DNA of 40,519 nucleotides, taken from the sequence record SRR20825019_2174; one strand, given 5' to 3'. Shown one piece after another: positions 29,010-40,519 of this stretch. The translations under genes were made by a program, and so were the position numbers. The stretch's first letter is position 1; each line of letters starts with the position of its first letter. A model generated the notes under the pieces. That model did not search any database. It saw only the letters and a program-made list of their open reading frames with translations, and was not told the origin of the DNA.

Positions 29010-29115
29010 CTAGAGCATTTCCGTTTTTCTGTGTCTCACGGGAATTCTCTATCGCTTTTCTATTGCGCAATTCCGGTCTCAAAACCGGTGTCAACTTCTG
29101 CTGGCATTGCTCCAG
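29010..29115. repeat. RIME/Bru-RS-like miniature palindromic element (106 bp)
   Basis: Terminal inverted repeats CTAGAGCA...TGCTCCAG. Two internal hairpins (TAGAGCATTTCCGT...ACGGGAATTCTCTA and GCAATTCCGG...CTGGCATTGC), the architecture of rhizobial/Brucella intergenic repeats. Confidence 0.8.
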
Positions 29116-29166
29116 CACCAATGCAAGCGAATAAGTGGCGCAGCCGGTGAATGCAAGCCTCTGCCA

Positions 29167-29766
29167 TCAGCCTTTGGTCAGATTCTCAAGCTTTTGAACC
29201 GCAGTATCAGGGTTTTCGCCATAGGCTATCGTGCCCTGCAACACGCCGCCATCATTCAACAGAAACACCGCGGCATTATGGTCCATCGTGTAGTCGCCAT
29301 CAGGTTCGTTCGGGTCAAGCGGCACTTTCTTGTAATAAATGCCGAATTCGTCGATCATCGCATGAACCTTGTCCGGATCACCGGAAATACCGACAATACG
29401 GTCAGATACATTGGAAAGATACTGGTGCATGATCTCCGGTGTATCCCGCTCAGGATCAACCGTCACCCAGTAGGCGTTAATTTTGTCGCCATCGGGATCC
29501 ACTTCGTGAAGCCATCCGTTCAACTCGTAAAGTGTTGTCGGACACACTTCCGGGCAATGGGTAAAGCCGAAGAAAAGCGCCGTCGGTTTTTCGCGCAGCG
29601 CGGCTTCTGTGATCTCGCTTCCATCCCCTGCTGTCAGCGCGAACGCAGGTCCAAGCGGAATATTCATCATCTCTTCATTGGTGCGCCCGATCTCATAGAC
29701 GAGCCAGACAATGGTCGCGCAGATGATGACAACAGAGGCCCATAAAACCTGACGGAATCTCTTCAT
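29167..29766 (-). CDS. SCO1/SenC family copper chaperone
   Basis: TM anchor, FFGFTHCPEVCP (CxxxC), VDPERDT and YTMDH. Confidence 0.95.
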   Translation of the reverse strand: MKRFRQVLWASVVIICATIVWLVYEIGRTNEEMMNIPLGPAFALTAGDGSEITEAALREKPTALFFGFTHCPEVCPTTLYELNGWLHEVDPDGDKINAYWVTVDPERDTPEIMHQYLSNVSDRIVGISGDPDKVHAMIDEFGIYYKKVPLDPNEPDGDYTMDHNAAVFLLNDGGVLQGTIAYGENPDTAVQKLENLTKG

Positions 29767-29792
29767 CGTTTGGTCCTGTTTCGCTTACAATA

Positions 29793-30266
29793 TCACTCTT
29801 CAAGAAGCCCGTGCCGGCGGTGCCAGTCTGTCAGCGAAAGGTCCGGATACTCATCGAAGTGAACATGACCTTCACCCGTTGGCACGTCCACCCAGTCGGC
29901 CTTGTGCGCCAGCATGATATGCACGATCTCGGGCGGTAACGGAAGTGCGGTATCAACTGCAGAGGCAACAGGATGCACCAGTTCCGGCCAGCGCTCATCA
30001 AAAAGATAAAGCGCGCTGCCGCAACGGCCGCAAAAATGTCGTTCCGCCGGGCTTTCACCATCATGCGTGCGTGCGTGGTAAAACCGCTTGTGCTGCGCAC
30101 CGGAAATTTCAAGCGTTGCGGCCTCGCCGCCGATATTGATGGCATAACCACCGCCACCGCCATGCTTCCGGCAGATACTGCAATAGCAGCGCTGGTAGGG
30201 GTAAGGCGTTTTGCTTTCCACCGAAAAGTGAACCCTGCCACACTGGCAGCCGCCTTCAAGTCTCAT
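29793..30266 (-). CDS. GFA (CENP-V/glutathione-dependent formaldehyde-activating) family protein
   Basis: GGCQCG, CYCSICRK and RHFCGRCGS zinc motifs. AGGAG RBS. Confidence 0.92.
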   Translation of the reverse strand: MRLEGGCQCGRVHFSVESKTPYPYQRCYCSICRKHGGGGGYAINIGGEAATLEISGAQHKRFYHARTHDGESPAERHFCGRCGSALYLFDERWPELVHPVASAVDTALPLPPEIVHIMLAHKADWVDVPTGEGHVHFDEYPDLSLTDWHRRHGLLEE

Positions 30267-30298
30267 AGGTCATGCTCCTCCAGCCTTCTTCGAAAGTC

Positions 30299-30787
30299 TC
30301 AGGGTGCGCCGTTTTCCCACACCACATCCTCACCGTAAAGCGGCACCGTCGACATCGACATTTTCGCGGAACCTTCGGTAATCTCACGGGTGTGGGCCAG
30401 ATAGATCAGCGTCTCATTGTCCTTGTCATAAACCCGGTCAATCACAAGCTGCTTGAAGATCAATGAGCGGCTTTCCTGAAAAACCTCTTCTCCGCCCTTG
30501 TCCAGCACGATATCGCCAATCCTGATTGGCCCGGTCTGGCGGCAGGCAATAGAGGAGTTGGAAGGATCTTCAAACCAGTTCCCCTTCGACAGCCGGTCAA
30601 TCATGGAACGATCGAAGTAGGAAATATGGCAGGTTACCCCCTCAACCTCTGGATCATGCAGGGCTTCAATCACGATATCATTGCCCACCCAGTCAACACC
30701 GATCTCGCCAACCTCTTCAGCCATCGCGACCGTTGCACCTGCCATCAGCGCAAGCCCGGAAAGAACTGATAGAATATAACCGCGCAT
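30299..30787 (-). CDS. creA: CreA family periplasmic protein
   Basis: Signal peptide, DPEVEGVTCH, EDPSNSSIACRQTGPI and SLIFK. True start ATG 30787 after GGAGG; the ORF-track extension runs into a repeat. Confidence 0.9.
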   Translation of the reverse strand: MRGYILSVLSGLALMAGATVAMAEEVGEIGVDWVGNDIVIEALHDPEVEGVTCHISYFDRSMIDRLSKGNWFEDPSNSSIACRQTGPIRIGDIVLDKGGEEVFQESRSLIFKQLVIDRVYDKDNETLIYLAHTREITEGSAKMSMSTVPLYGEDVVWENGAP

Positions 30788-30868
30788 GAATGACCTCCGG
30801 TGCATTATTTCAACTCTTCCGAAGATAAGCACATGCAAAAGCTTTACAAGCGACAGCGCAGCGAAAGA

Positions 30869-30971
30869 CTGGAGCGCCGTGCGCCCGTTCGGACGCACGG
30901 CACTCCAGCCTATTGAATCTACGCATCGTTCTTTCCGAAAATTGATTCCGGTTTTCGAGCCGATGCGTTAA
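30869..30971. repeat. RIME-like rhizobial palindromic repeat (apparently full length)
   Basis: CTGGAGCGCCGTGCG...CGCACGGCACTCCAG hairpin plus ACGCATCG...CGATGCGT hairpin. Related copy at 7516-7575. Confidence 0.85.
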
Positions 30972-30975
30972 GGTA

Positions 30976-33165
<2,190 letters not shown>

Positions 33166-34017
33166 TTAAGCGTCCGGCTGATCGACGGCAACCCCTTCCG
33201 CGATGTCCGCGTCACCGGTCAAGGCGGCCGGGTTTAAAAGCGCGGTCAGCGGAAGGTGATCTGAAGCCACACGCGCCAGCGGTGAATCATGCGCTGCAAG
33301 ATCAACGAGGAGATCCTTGCGATTCGCGATAATGCGATCGAGCGCCAGAACAGGCCAGCGGGCCGGAAAACTGGCACGTGCCGGCGGCAATCCACCAAAG
33401 GCCGTTTCAAAGCGCGTCAGCGCAGACCCATTGCCCAGCCGCCACTCATTCATATCGCCCATGATCAGCGTCGGCTGCTTCTCGCGATGACCCAGGAGGT
33501 TAAGAATATGGTCGGCCTGCTGGCGACGGGCCCACCGTAAAAGCCCCAGATGAACCGCGACAACACGCAGCGCCAGGCCGCTATTGAGCGCTATCTCTGT
33601 CAGCAAAGCGCCCCGCGGTTCCAGACCGGGAAGATGTTCGCGATGGATATCGCGCACCGCGCCGTCACGAAACAACAGCACATTGCCATGCCAGCCATGC
33701 GCATGCTCGCTGGCTTGCACAGGAACAGCGATCAGACCGGTCTCAGCCTCAATCCGCCGCAAATCCAGCAGACCGGTACGTTCGCCGAACCGCGTATCAG
33801 CCTCCTGCAGCGCAATGAGATCCGGCTCAATCTCACGTATAACCTCAAAAACGCGGTCAGGGTCGAACCGCCCGTCGACGCCCACGCATTTGTGCACATT
33901 GTAGGTTGCAACCCTGAGCCCCTGGCCCTCCAGACGAACAGCGGAGAGCGGTCGCTTTCCGTTCTCACGCAAGGAACGCAGGAATGCGCTGGCTAATGGC
34001 GATTTCGCAGGTTTCAT
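33166..34017 (-). CDS. Endonuclease/exonuclease/phosphatase family protein (YbhP-like)
   Basis: ATYNVH, ALQE, GDMNEW, LDRI and SDHLP motifs. Confidence 0.92.
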   Translation of the reverse strand: MKPAKSPLASAFLRSLRENGKRPLSAVRLEGQGLRVATYNVHKCVGVDGRFDPDRVFEVIREIEPDLIALQEADTRFGERTGLLDLRRIEAETGLIAVPVQASEHAHGWHGNVLLFRDGAVRDIHREHLPGLEPRGALLTEIALNSGLALRVVAVHLGLLRWARRQQADHILNLLGHREKQPTLIMGDMNEWRLGNGSALTRFETAFGGLPPARASFPARWPVLALDRIIANRKDLLVDLAAHDSPLARVASDHLPLTALLNPAALTGDADIAEGVAVDQPDA

Positions 34018-34063
34018 TCGCTGTCGACCGTGTTTGTTAAAGTTTCATGCACCGTGGTGCTTT

Positions 34064-35509
34064 TTAAAGATAGGGCAACCCCAACCATAAAATGCGATCC
34101 CGCAGGCGGAAAATAAAGGGGCGTTTTCCCAGACTTTTCAGCGTTACCATCGTGCCGTTTTCAAGAGAGGCGCCGATCCGGGCGTCCAGTTGGCGGGCAA
34201 ACACTTCGTCAAAAACCTCGATATCAGTTTCAAAGTTCAGTCTGAGCGAGCGCGAATCCATATTCGATGAGCCGAGATAGGACCATTTTCCGTCGACGGT
34301 CATCAGCTTGGAGTGATTGAACGGCCCCTGATCCCTGAAGACCTTGCTGCCATCGCGAATGATTTCAGAAAACTGCGCAGTCATCGCGTAGTCAACCATG
34401 GCGAGATTATTCTTGCCAGGTACAACAATCTGCACATCAACACCACGTCGCGCCGCCGTCGCAAGCGCTGAAACCAGATCCCGGTCAGGCAGAAAATAAG
34501 GGGACATGATCGTTACGCGCTCTTCCGCGACAGACAGGGCCCCGATAATCATTTTATTGTTATTGCCAAGGTGACGATCCGGCCCCGATGGCACCACGCG
34601 CGCAATAACTCCATCATCAGCGGCATCAGGATCATTGATGGTCCAGGCATCGCCCTCCAAAGCCTCTCCGGTTTCAAAGAACCAGTCGGCAGCTGCAACG
34701 GAAAGATAATCAGCAACAGCCGCGCCTTTGAGCTCAAAATGCGTATCGTGGGCGGCATCTGGCCCTGTGAAGGCTGCACGAATATTCATGCCACCGGCAA
34801 AGGCCGTCTCGCCATCGATAACGAGGATCTTCCTGTGGGTTCTGAGATTGGCATAAGGTAGCCGCATACGCAGCAATACGGCACCGTTAAAAGTCGCGAC
34901 CCTGATCCCTTTCTCCCTGAGAAGACCGGTGATCCTCGGCTTGGAATAACGCGCACCGATAGAATCCACAAGCACCCGCACTTCGACACCGCGTTTCACA
35001 GCATTGGCCAGGCTGTCGACAAATTTCCGGCCAATAGCGTCGGAATCAAAAATATAGGTTTCCAGCAATATCGAACGCTCGGCACTATCAATTGCCGCAA
35101 GCATTGCAGCATAGGCTTCGTCACCAGTCGTCAGCAGGCGGATATGATTACCTGTCGTTGCCGGAAGCCCCGTCACCGTCTCGCCGAGTTTCCAGAGTGC
35201 AGCCATGCGCGAGCCGAAGGCATCAGCAATCTTGTTGCGATTGATCTTGTGGCTCTGTTCCTCATACATCACCTGATCTTGAAGCGCATCACGCTTCTCA
35301 CGCACAGAGGCCCGGCGCATACGGTTAATGCCCGCAACGGCATAAATCGCCGCCCCCAGAATAGGCGAAAGCATGATAATGCCGACCCAGCCGATGGCCG
35401 CACGCACCTCATCCTTGGTCATGGCTGCGTGAATGGCTGCCGTAGCCCCCAAAAGGAATGAAATAGTAGCCAGAATATGCGGCCAGTAGTGTTCCAGAAA
35501 AACTTCCAT
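34064..35509 (-). CDS. cls: Cardiolipin synthase (phospholipase D family)
   Basis: Two N-terminal TM helices and two HKD motifs (HRKILVID, HSKLMTVD), plus SPYFLP and RSLRLNFE. Confidence 0.92.
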   Translation of the reverse strand: MEVFLEHYWPHILATISFLLGATAAIHAAMTKDEVRAAIGWVGIIMLSPILGAAIYAVAGINRMRRASVREKRDALQDQVMYEEQSHKINRNKIADAFGSRMAALWKLGETVTGLPATTGNHIRLLTTGDEAYAAMLAAIDSAERSILLETYIFDSDAIGRKFVDSLANAVKRGVEVRVLVDSIGARYSKPRITGLLREKGIRVATFNGAVLLRMRLPYANLRTHRKILVIDGETAFAGGMNIRAAFTGPDAAHDTHFELKGAAVADYLSVAAADWFFETGEALEGDAWTINDPDAADDGVIARVVPSGPDRHLGNNNKMIIGALSVAEERVTIMSPYFLPDRDLVSALATAARRGVDVQIVVPGKNNLAMVDYAMTAQFSEIIRDGSKVFRDQGPFNHSKLMTVDGKWSYLGSSNMDSRSLRLNFETDIEVFDEVFARQLDARIGASLENGTMVTLKSLGKRPFIFRLRDRILWLGLPYL

Positions 35510-35602
35510 AAAATATCCGTTGGCTCGGCGTTTCAGGTCACAGCAATGTACAGTGCTGTATAGCGGTCTGGAAAGCGACTGCAGCGTGTCGTTCAGCTAT
35601 CT

Positions 35603-37279
35603 TCAGCTATCGCCGGAAAGGAGCTTCGCTGCCGCTGCTCGCGCTTCCGCCGTCACTTGAGCGCCGGCGAGCATACGGGCGATTTCTTCCTGCCGCTCAT
35701 CAGGCCCGATAACCGAGACATTCGTGGCAACGGAATCATCTTTTGATTTCTCGGCGCTGGCTTTCGAGATCAGGAAGTGCCCTTGAGCACGTGCGGCTAC
35801 CTGCGGCGCATGGGTGACAGAAAGCACCTGCACCGTCTCCGCCAGCCGTTTCAGCCGCTGTCCGATGGCATCGGCAACAGCCCCGCCAACGCCGGTATCA
35901 ATTTCGTCAAACACGAGCGTCGGCGCGGAGCCCTTGTCGGCCAGCGCCACTTTCAATGCCAACAGGAAGCGCGAGAGCTCGCCGCCGGAGGCCACTTTCA
36001 TAATAGGCCCAGGTCTGGTGCCCGGATTAGTCTGTACCTGGAAAGACACCGTATCAATACCATCGGCAGTCGCACTTGCCGCATCGCTTTCCACAACAAC
36101 GGTAAACTTTGCACGCTCCAGTTTCAGCGCTGGCAGTTCGCTCATCACCGCATCATCCAGCTGAGCAGCCGTTTCACGCCGTTTTGATGACAGGGCTTCA
36201 GCAGCAGAAAGATAGGCCTTTTCTGCCGATTCGACTTCTGCCATCAGCGCCTGAAGCCGCGCCTCCCCGGCATCCAGTTCATCGAGGTCAGCGACCATCC
36301 GTTCTGCCAGCGCGGGCAGTTCGGATACCGGCACACTGTATTTTCGCGAGGCACCGCGCAACGCAAACAGCCGCTCCTCGACACGCTCAAGCTCATGCGG
36401 ATCAAATGCCGCACGCTCCAGCGCGGCCTCAACCTCCATCTGCGCCGAAGAAAGCTGGTCCAGAGCGGCATCCAATAGATTAACCGTATCTTCAAGCAAA
36501 CCCGGAGCCTCATGCGACTTGCGTTCCAGACGGCGAACCAGTGAAGCGATCATGGGGACAGGCGAACCATTGCCGTTCAAAAATTCAAGCGCTTCGGAAA
36601 TATCTCCGGCGATACGCTCCGACTTCATCATCGTAGCACGCTGTTCGGCCAGTTCGTCTTCCTCGCCATCAACAGGTTCAAGCGCTTGCAGTTCTTCCAC
36701 CGAGGCACGCAAGTAATCCGCTTCCCGTGCGGCTTCCTCCACGCGCGCGCGGTGCTGCTTCAACCGCTTCTGCGCATCCTTGAAGTTGCGATATAAACCA
36801 CCCAGCGCATCGGCTTCATAGGTAAGCCCGCCAAATGCGTCCAACAGGCGCCGATGACCATCTGTATCGATCAGGGCACGTTCATCATGCTGGCCGTGAA
36901 TCTCGACCAGAAGGCGACCGGCCTGCCGCATCATCTGAACGCTCACCGACTGATCATTGATGAATGCGCGGGTCCGCCCGTCGGCAGACTGCATCCGCCG
37001 GAAAATCAGATCCCCCTCGTCATCAAGTCCGCCTTCCCGCAAAAAAATCCGGGCCGGGTGCTCCACGGGCACATCAAACACAGCAATAACCTGTCCGGAG
37101 TCCTGCCCATGACGCACAAGACCGCCGTCGCCGCGGGCACCGAGTGCCAGCGACAGGCTATCGAGCAGGATCGACTTTCCCGCCCCGGTCTCTCCGGTCA
37201 GAACCGAGAGACCGTCGCCGAGATTAAGCTCCAGCCGCTCGATCAGAACGATGTCGCGAATGGAAAGCTGGACAATCAT
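35603..37279 (-). CDS. recN: DNA repair protein RecN
   Basis: GETGAGKS, EIHGQH, coiled coil, ASGGELSR, VFDEID and VTHAPQVAA. Confidence 0.98.
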   Translation of the reverse strand: MIVQLSIRDIVLIERLELNLGDGLSVLTGETGAGKSILLDSLSLALGARGDGGLVRHGQDSGQVIAVFDVPVEHPARIFLREGGLDDEGDLIFRRMQSADGRTRAFINDQSVSVQMMRQAGRLLVEIHGQHDERALIDTDGHRRLLDAFGGLTYEADALGGLYRNFKDAQKRLKQHRARVEEAAREADYLRASVEELQALEPVDGEEDELAEQRATMMKSERIAGDISEALEFLNGNGSPVPMIASLVRRLERKSHEAPGLLEDTVNLLDAALDQLSSAQMEVEAALERAAFDPHELERVEERLFALRGASRKYSVPVSELPALAERMVADLDELDAGEARLQALMAEVESAEKAYLSAAEALSSKRRETAAQLDDAVMSELPALKLERAKFTVVVESDAASATADGIDTVSFQVQTNPGTRPGPIMKVASGGELSRFLLALKVALADKGSAPTLVFDEIDTGVGGAVADAIGQRLKRLAETVQVLSVTHAPQVAARAQGHFLISKASAEKSKDDSVATNVSVIGPDERQEEIARMLAGAQVTAEARAAAAKLLSGDS

Positions 37280-37313
37280 AGTCTTCGCGCCCTGGCGAAT
37301 GCGTTGGTTAGGA

Positions 37314-38174
37314 TCAGCGGTTTGTGACGCTGGAAACGTCAGAGCCGCGCCCGGCCGACTGCGGTTCCAGCCCCTTCTTGTTCAGAAGCGAATAGGCCCG
37401 GCCATACCATTGGCTGTCCGGGTAGTTACGGCCAAGAACCCAGGCAGCATTCTGGGCTTCGGTTACGATACCCATGGCAAAATAAGCTTCAACCAGACGA
37501 TAAAGCGCTTCCTCAATCTGATTGGTATCGGAGTAATCATCTACAACACTGTCAAACCGCGAGATCGCAGCCAGATAATCCTTGCGCTCCAGATAGTAAC
37601 GGCCGATCTGCATATCCTTGCCTGCGATCTGATCACGGGCATAGCGAATCTGGGCTCGCGCAGGCTCCACATATTCGGAATCCGGATACTTGTCGATCAG
37701 GCTCTGCATTGCAGAGATTGTGCTTTCGGCAAAACTTTGATCCTGCGTGACATTTACAATCTGCTTGGAATAGGATTGTCCAACAAGGAACTGAACGTAG
37801 GCAGCATCTTCTGAATTCGGATAAAGATCCAGATACCGTTTGCCCGACGTGACTGCGGCGTCATATTTGCGCGAGCGATACTGAATATACGTCTGCATGA
37901 CCAACGCCTTGCGGGCAGAGTCAGACAACGGACTCTGGTCCTGGATTGCCTTGAATTTTCTGAGCGCTTCACTGGTCTTGCCGGCATTGATATTGGCCAG
38001 CGCCTCATCATAAAGCTGCTGAGGCGGATCGGCCTCATACTTCAGGGTCGTGATGTCAACATCCTTGTCGCGCGAGCAACTACCCAGCACAATGCCCGCA
38101 CTCAAAAGAACAGCGAGCGGAAGTGCTGCCGCACGAAACGACGCGAGAGACGTATTGCCTTTAAGACGTGTCAT
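37314..38174 (-). CDS. bamD: Outer membrane protein assembly lipoprotein BamD
   Basis: Lipobox LGSC, TPR-like helices, IGRYYL, EEALYRL and LGRNYPDSQW. Lies between lpxC and recN. Confidence 0.93.
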   Translation of the reverse strand: MTRLKGNTSLASFRAAALPLAVLLSAGIVLGSCSRDKDVDITTLKYEADPPQQLYDEALANINAGKTSEALRKFKAIQDQSPLSDSARKALVMQTYIQYRSRKYDAAVTSGKRYLDLYPNSEDAAYVQFLVGQSYSKQIVNVTQDQSFAESTISAMQSLIDKYPDSEYVEPARAQIRYARDQIAGKDMQIGRYYLERKDYLAAISRFDSVVDDYSDTNQIEEALYRLVEAYFAMGIVTEAQNAAWVLGRNYPDSQWYGRAYSLLNKKGLEPQSAGRGSDVSSVTNR

Positions 38175-38439
38175 AAATTCAGTCCTATCTACGCTCGAGA
38201 TCTGCTCCCGGCAGCGTTCGTCATCGTTTTACCCACATCGAATAGCCAAGGGCAATCAATCCGCCGCAAGAAGACGTTTTGCCCTTTCGACTTGAATGAT
38301 CAGACTTCACCATATCGGTACTACCAATACTATACCCGGTTAGTCTGCCATAATCTGCAAATCGTAAGCTACCCTCCTTCTTCGGGTCCGCCGAACGCCT
38401 CCCTTGAGAGGATTTCATACCCGGAGGCAACTCATACAT

Positions 38440-38467
38440 AAAAAAACCGGTCTAAGAAAGACCGGTT
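38440..38467 (-). terminator. Rho-independent terminator after lpxC
   Basis: Minus strand AACCGGTCT-N5-AGACCGGTT followed by a T run. Confidence 0.85.
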
Positions 38468-38498
38468 CATCATTCGTTTCAGATCAGACCTGAATGTT

Positions 38499-39437
38499 TC
38501 AGGAAACCGCTTCCGCCGCCAGTACATCATCACGATGGTTAAAGCGGGTAATCGAATCACGCGGCGTCGTCACAACACATGCACCGGGGGTCTCAACCAG
38601 CGCTTTCACGGCCTTTGCGTTCAGCGCATGCCCCCCGCGGTAAGAGCGGAAGCATCCTGCAAAACGCATCCCCATCATCGCGACGTCGCCAACAGCATCC
38701 AGCGTCTTGTGGCGTGCAAATTCGTCCTTGTAGCGCAGTCCTTCCGGGTTGATCACACGGTCATCGTCGGAAATCACAACAGAATTTTCGAGCGAAGAAC
38801 CAAGAGCGAGACCACGCGCCCAGACCTGCTCCACATCACGCATGAAACCGAATGTACGCGCACCGGCAAGCTCATCGCGGAAAACGTCACCGCTCATATT
38901 GCCAACCCATTTCTGCCGCCCGATAGCAGGCGTGTCAAAATCGATCTCCACGTCGAAGCGCATTCCGTCAAACGGGCTGAACTCTGCCCAGCCCGCACCG
39001 CTCTCAACCCGCACGGTCTTGAGAACACGAAGATAACCGCGCTTTTCCGAAAGCTTCACGATACGCGCTTCTTCCAGTGCGTTGACGAAAACGCGGGAAC
39101 TGCCATCCATGATCGGCATTTCACCGCCCTCAACGGCAATCACAACATTATCGACGCCGTAAGCATAAAGCGCGGCCATAACGTGCTCAACGGTCGCGAC
39201 CCACTTGTCAGGCCGGTCACCCAGAACCGTGCAAAGCGCCGTCGGCCCGACGTTATCGGACACCGCCTTATAGGCACTGATCCGTTTGCCATCCTGATAA
39301 CGCTCGAAAACAATCCCTGTATTGGCTTCGGCCGGCTGAAAGGTGATGGCTGCCGGGCGCCCTGAATGCACACCGATCCCTTCAACACGCACTGTGTTCG
39401 TGATCGTCGTTTGCAATCCGAAAAATCCAGCCAGCAT
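38499..39437 (-). CDS. lpxC: UDP-3-O-acyl-N-acetylglucosamine deacetylase
   Basis: GIGVHSG, TVEH, MDGSS, ARTFGF, HKTLDAVGD and GHALN motifs. Confidence 0.97.
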   Translation of the reverse strand: MLAGFFGLQTTITNTVRVEGIGVHSGRPAAITFQPAEANTGIVFERYQDGKRISAYKAVSDNVGPTALCTVLGDRPDKWVATVEHVMAALYAYGVDNVVIAVEGGEMPIMDGSSRVFVNALEEARIVKLSEKRGYLRVLKTVRVESGAGWAEFSPFDGMRFDVEIDFDTPAIGRQKWVGNMSGDVFRDELAGARTFGFMRDVEQVWARGLALGSSLENSVVISDDDRVINPEGLRYKDEFARHKTLDAVGDVAMMGMRFAGCFRSYRGGHALNAKAVKALVETPGACVVTTPRDSITRFNHRDDVLAAEAVS

Positions 39438-39632
39438 CTTAAACGCCCTTATTCAGTTCATATTTTTTATTATTCGGAAGTGTCTAAGGTTTTTTTAAAA
39501 AGGCGCACTACGCACCTACCGCACTAACCTGACTTCCGTCTGAAGGATCGAATCCCTCCAATTACTGCTCCCTACTTACGCATCAGATATGTCGAAGCCA
39601 AATCACTGTTTCTTTCGCTGTGTTACGAAAAT

Positions 39633-39665
39633 AAAAAAAACCCGGCAGCACAGGGCTGTCGGGTT
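39633..39665 (-). terminator. Rho-independent terminator after ftsZ
   Basis: Minus strand CCCGACAGC-N5-GCTGCCGGG followed by T8. Confidence 0.85.
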
Positions 39666-39720
39666 GTTTTGGCACGAGAAGGAAACCGGAAGACGGTTAA
39701 CCGTCTCCTAACAGTTTTGA

Positions 39721-40519
39721 TCAGTTCGCCTGGCGGCGGAGGAAGGCGGGAATATCGAACTGATCGTCATCCTGGCGGGCAGCAGGCTGCTCGTTGCGAC
39801 GCGGTGCGTAAGGATTTTCCTGCTGCACAGGCTCCTGGCGCTGTGCCGGACGTTCATTGCGATGACCACCCTCGAAGCTTTCATCACCGCGACCAAGCGT
39901 ATGGCTGAGGCGCTTGAAAAGTGCCTTCGGTCCACGCTCTTCATGCTCCATGCGACGCTCGGCGCTCATTTCCGGCTGAACCATTGACGGAAACTCGGTC
40001 ACCTCCGGCATACGGCGCGGCTGCTGCGGACGCGGTTGTTGAGCCTGAGGAGCGGCGGCTTCCTGATGCTGCGGTGCTGGGGCCTGCTGCGGCTGCGCTC
40101 TCGAAGCAGCGGGCTTCGCTTGTGCAGGAGCCTGAGGAGCCTCATTGGCGAACAGGCGGCTCTTCGGCTGCGCCGGAGCGGCTTCTGCGCGCGGCTGAGC
40201 CTGTGGCTTCTGAGGTTCGCGGTTCATGGCCATCTGCAGCTCACGCTCCATCTCAACTTCTGCTGAGCGGATCGTATCGGCGATCGGGTCCATCTTCGGC
40301 TGAGCCTGAGCGGTCGTGCCGGAAACCTTCCCTTCGGTGCTGCGGATCTCCGGGCGGCTTTCACGATGTTCGTCATCAGCCGGAGCTCCGGCTTGAACGG
40401 CATTGCGATCAATACCCGTTGCAACAACAGAAACGCGGATGATACCTTCAAGGTCTTCGTCGAATGTGGCGCCGAGAATAATGTTGGCATCCGGATCGAC
40501 TTCTTCGCGGATACGGGTT
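39721..40519 (-). CDS. ftsZ: Cell division protein FtsZ (C-terminal part; 5' end outside the window)
   Basis: Frame is open from 40518: [20 protein letters not shown]...[11 protein letters not shown], long Pro/Gln linker and C-terminal [11 protein letters not shown]. Confidence 0.97.
   Translation of the reverse strand, partial: TRIREEVDPDANIILGATFDEDLEGIIRVSVVATGIDRNAVQAGAPADDEHRESRPEIRSTEGKVSGTTAQAQPKMDPIADTIRSAEVEMERELQMAMNREPQKPQAQPRAEAAPAQPKSRLFANEAPQAPAQAKPAASRAQPQQAPAPQHQEAAAPQAQQPRPQQPRRMPEVTEFPSMVQPEMSAERRMEHEERGPKALFKRLSHTLGRGDESFEGGHRNERPAQRQEPVQQENPYAPRRNEQPAARQDDDQFDIPAFLRRQAN

Noticed and set aside
37280-37420. LexA box (GTTC-N7-GTTC) upstream of recN
   Set aside because: No correctly spaced match found by eye; the nearest GTTC pair is 12 bp apart.
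40224-40490. Apparent split or frameshift of ftsZ in the ORF track
   Set aside because: Manual translation shows one continuous FtsZ frame from 40518 to 39721; the 88-aa ORF is a different frame.

Overview
Core-chromosome segment of an alphaproteobacterium of the Rhizobiales/Hyphomicrobiales type. This is inferred from gene content, the long-linker FtsZ, the motif types and the repeat families. It runs from a partial rpsD through glsA, ttcA, gnd, an FAH/gamma-carbonic-anhydrase/diguanylate-cyclase trio, zur-znuBC/znuA and several sugar/oxidoreductase and regulator genes. It then continues through asmA, exoD, prmA, sco, creA, ligA, a cardiolipin synthase/EEP pair, recN, bamD, lpxC and the 3' part of ftsZ. 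I see no prophage, IS transposase, CRISPR array, rRNA or tRNA, and no clearly novel multi-gene system. The most notable signals are non-coding or unannotated. They are a phased head-to-tail array of seven DnaA-box-like 9-mers (24744-24819) away from the usual origin context, a perfect CtrA box (4825-4843), and three RIME/MITE-like repeats, one of which supplies the stop codon of the diguanylate cyclase. There is also a 52-aa entericidin-like lipoprotein missing from the ORF track, with a consensus EcfG/RpoE2 stress promoter, and a small DUF1127-like gene opposite a LysR regulator. All calls come from reading motifs by eye; no database searches were run.
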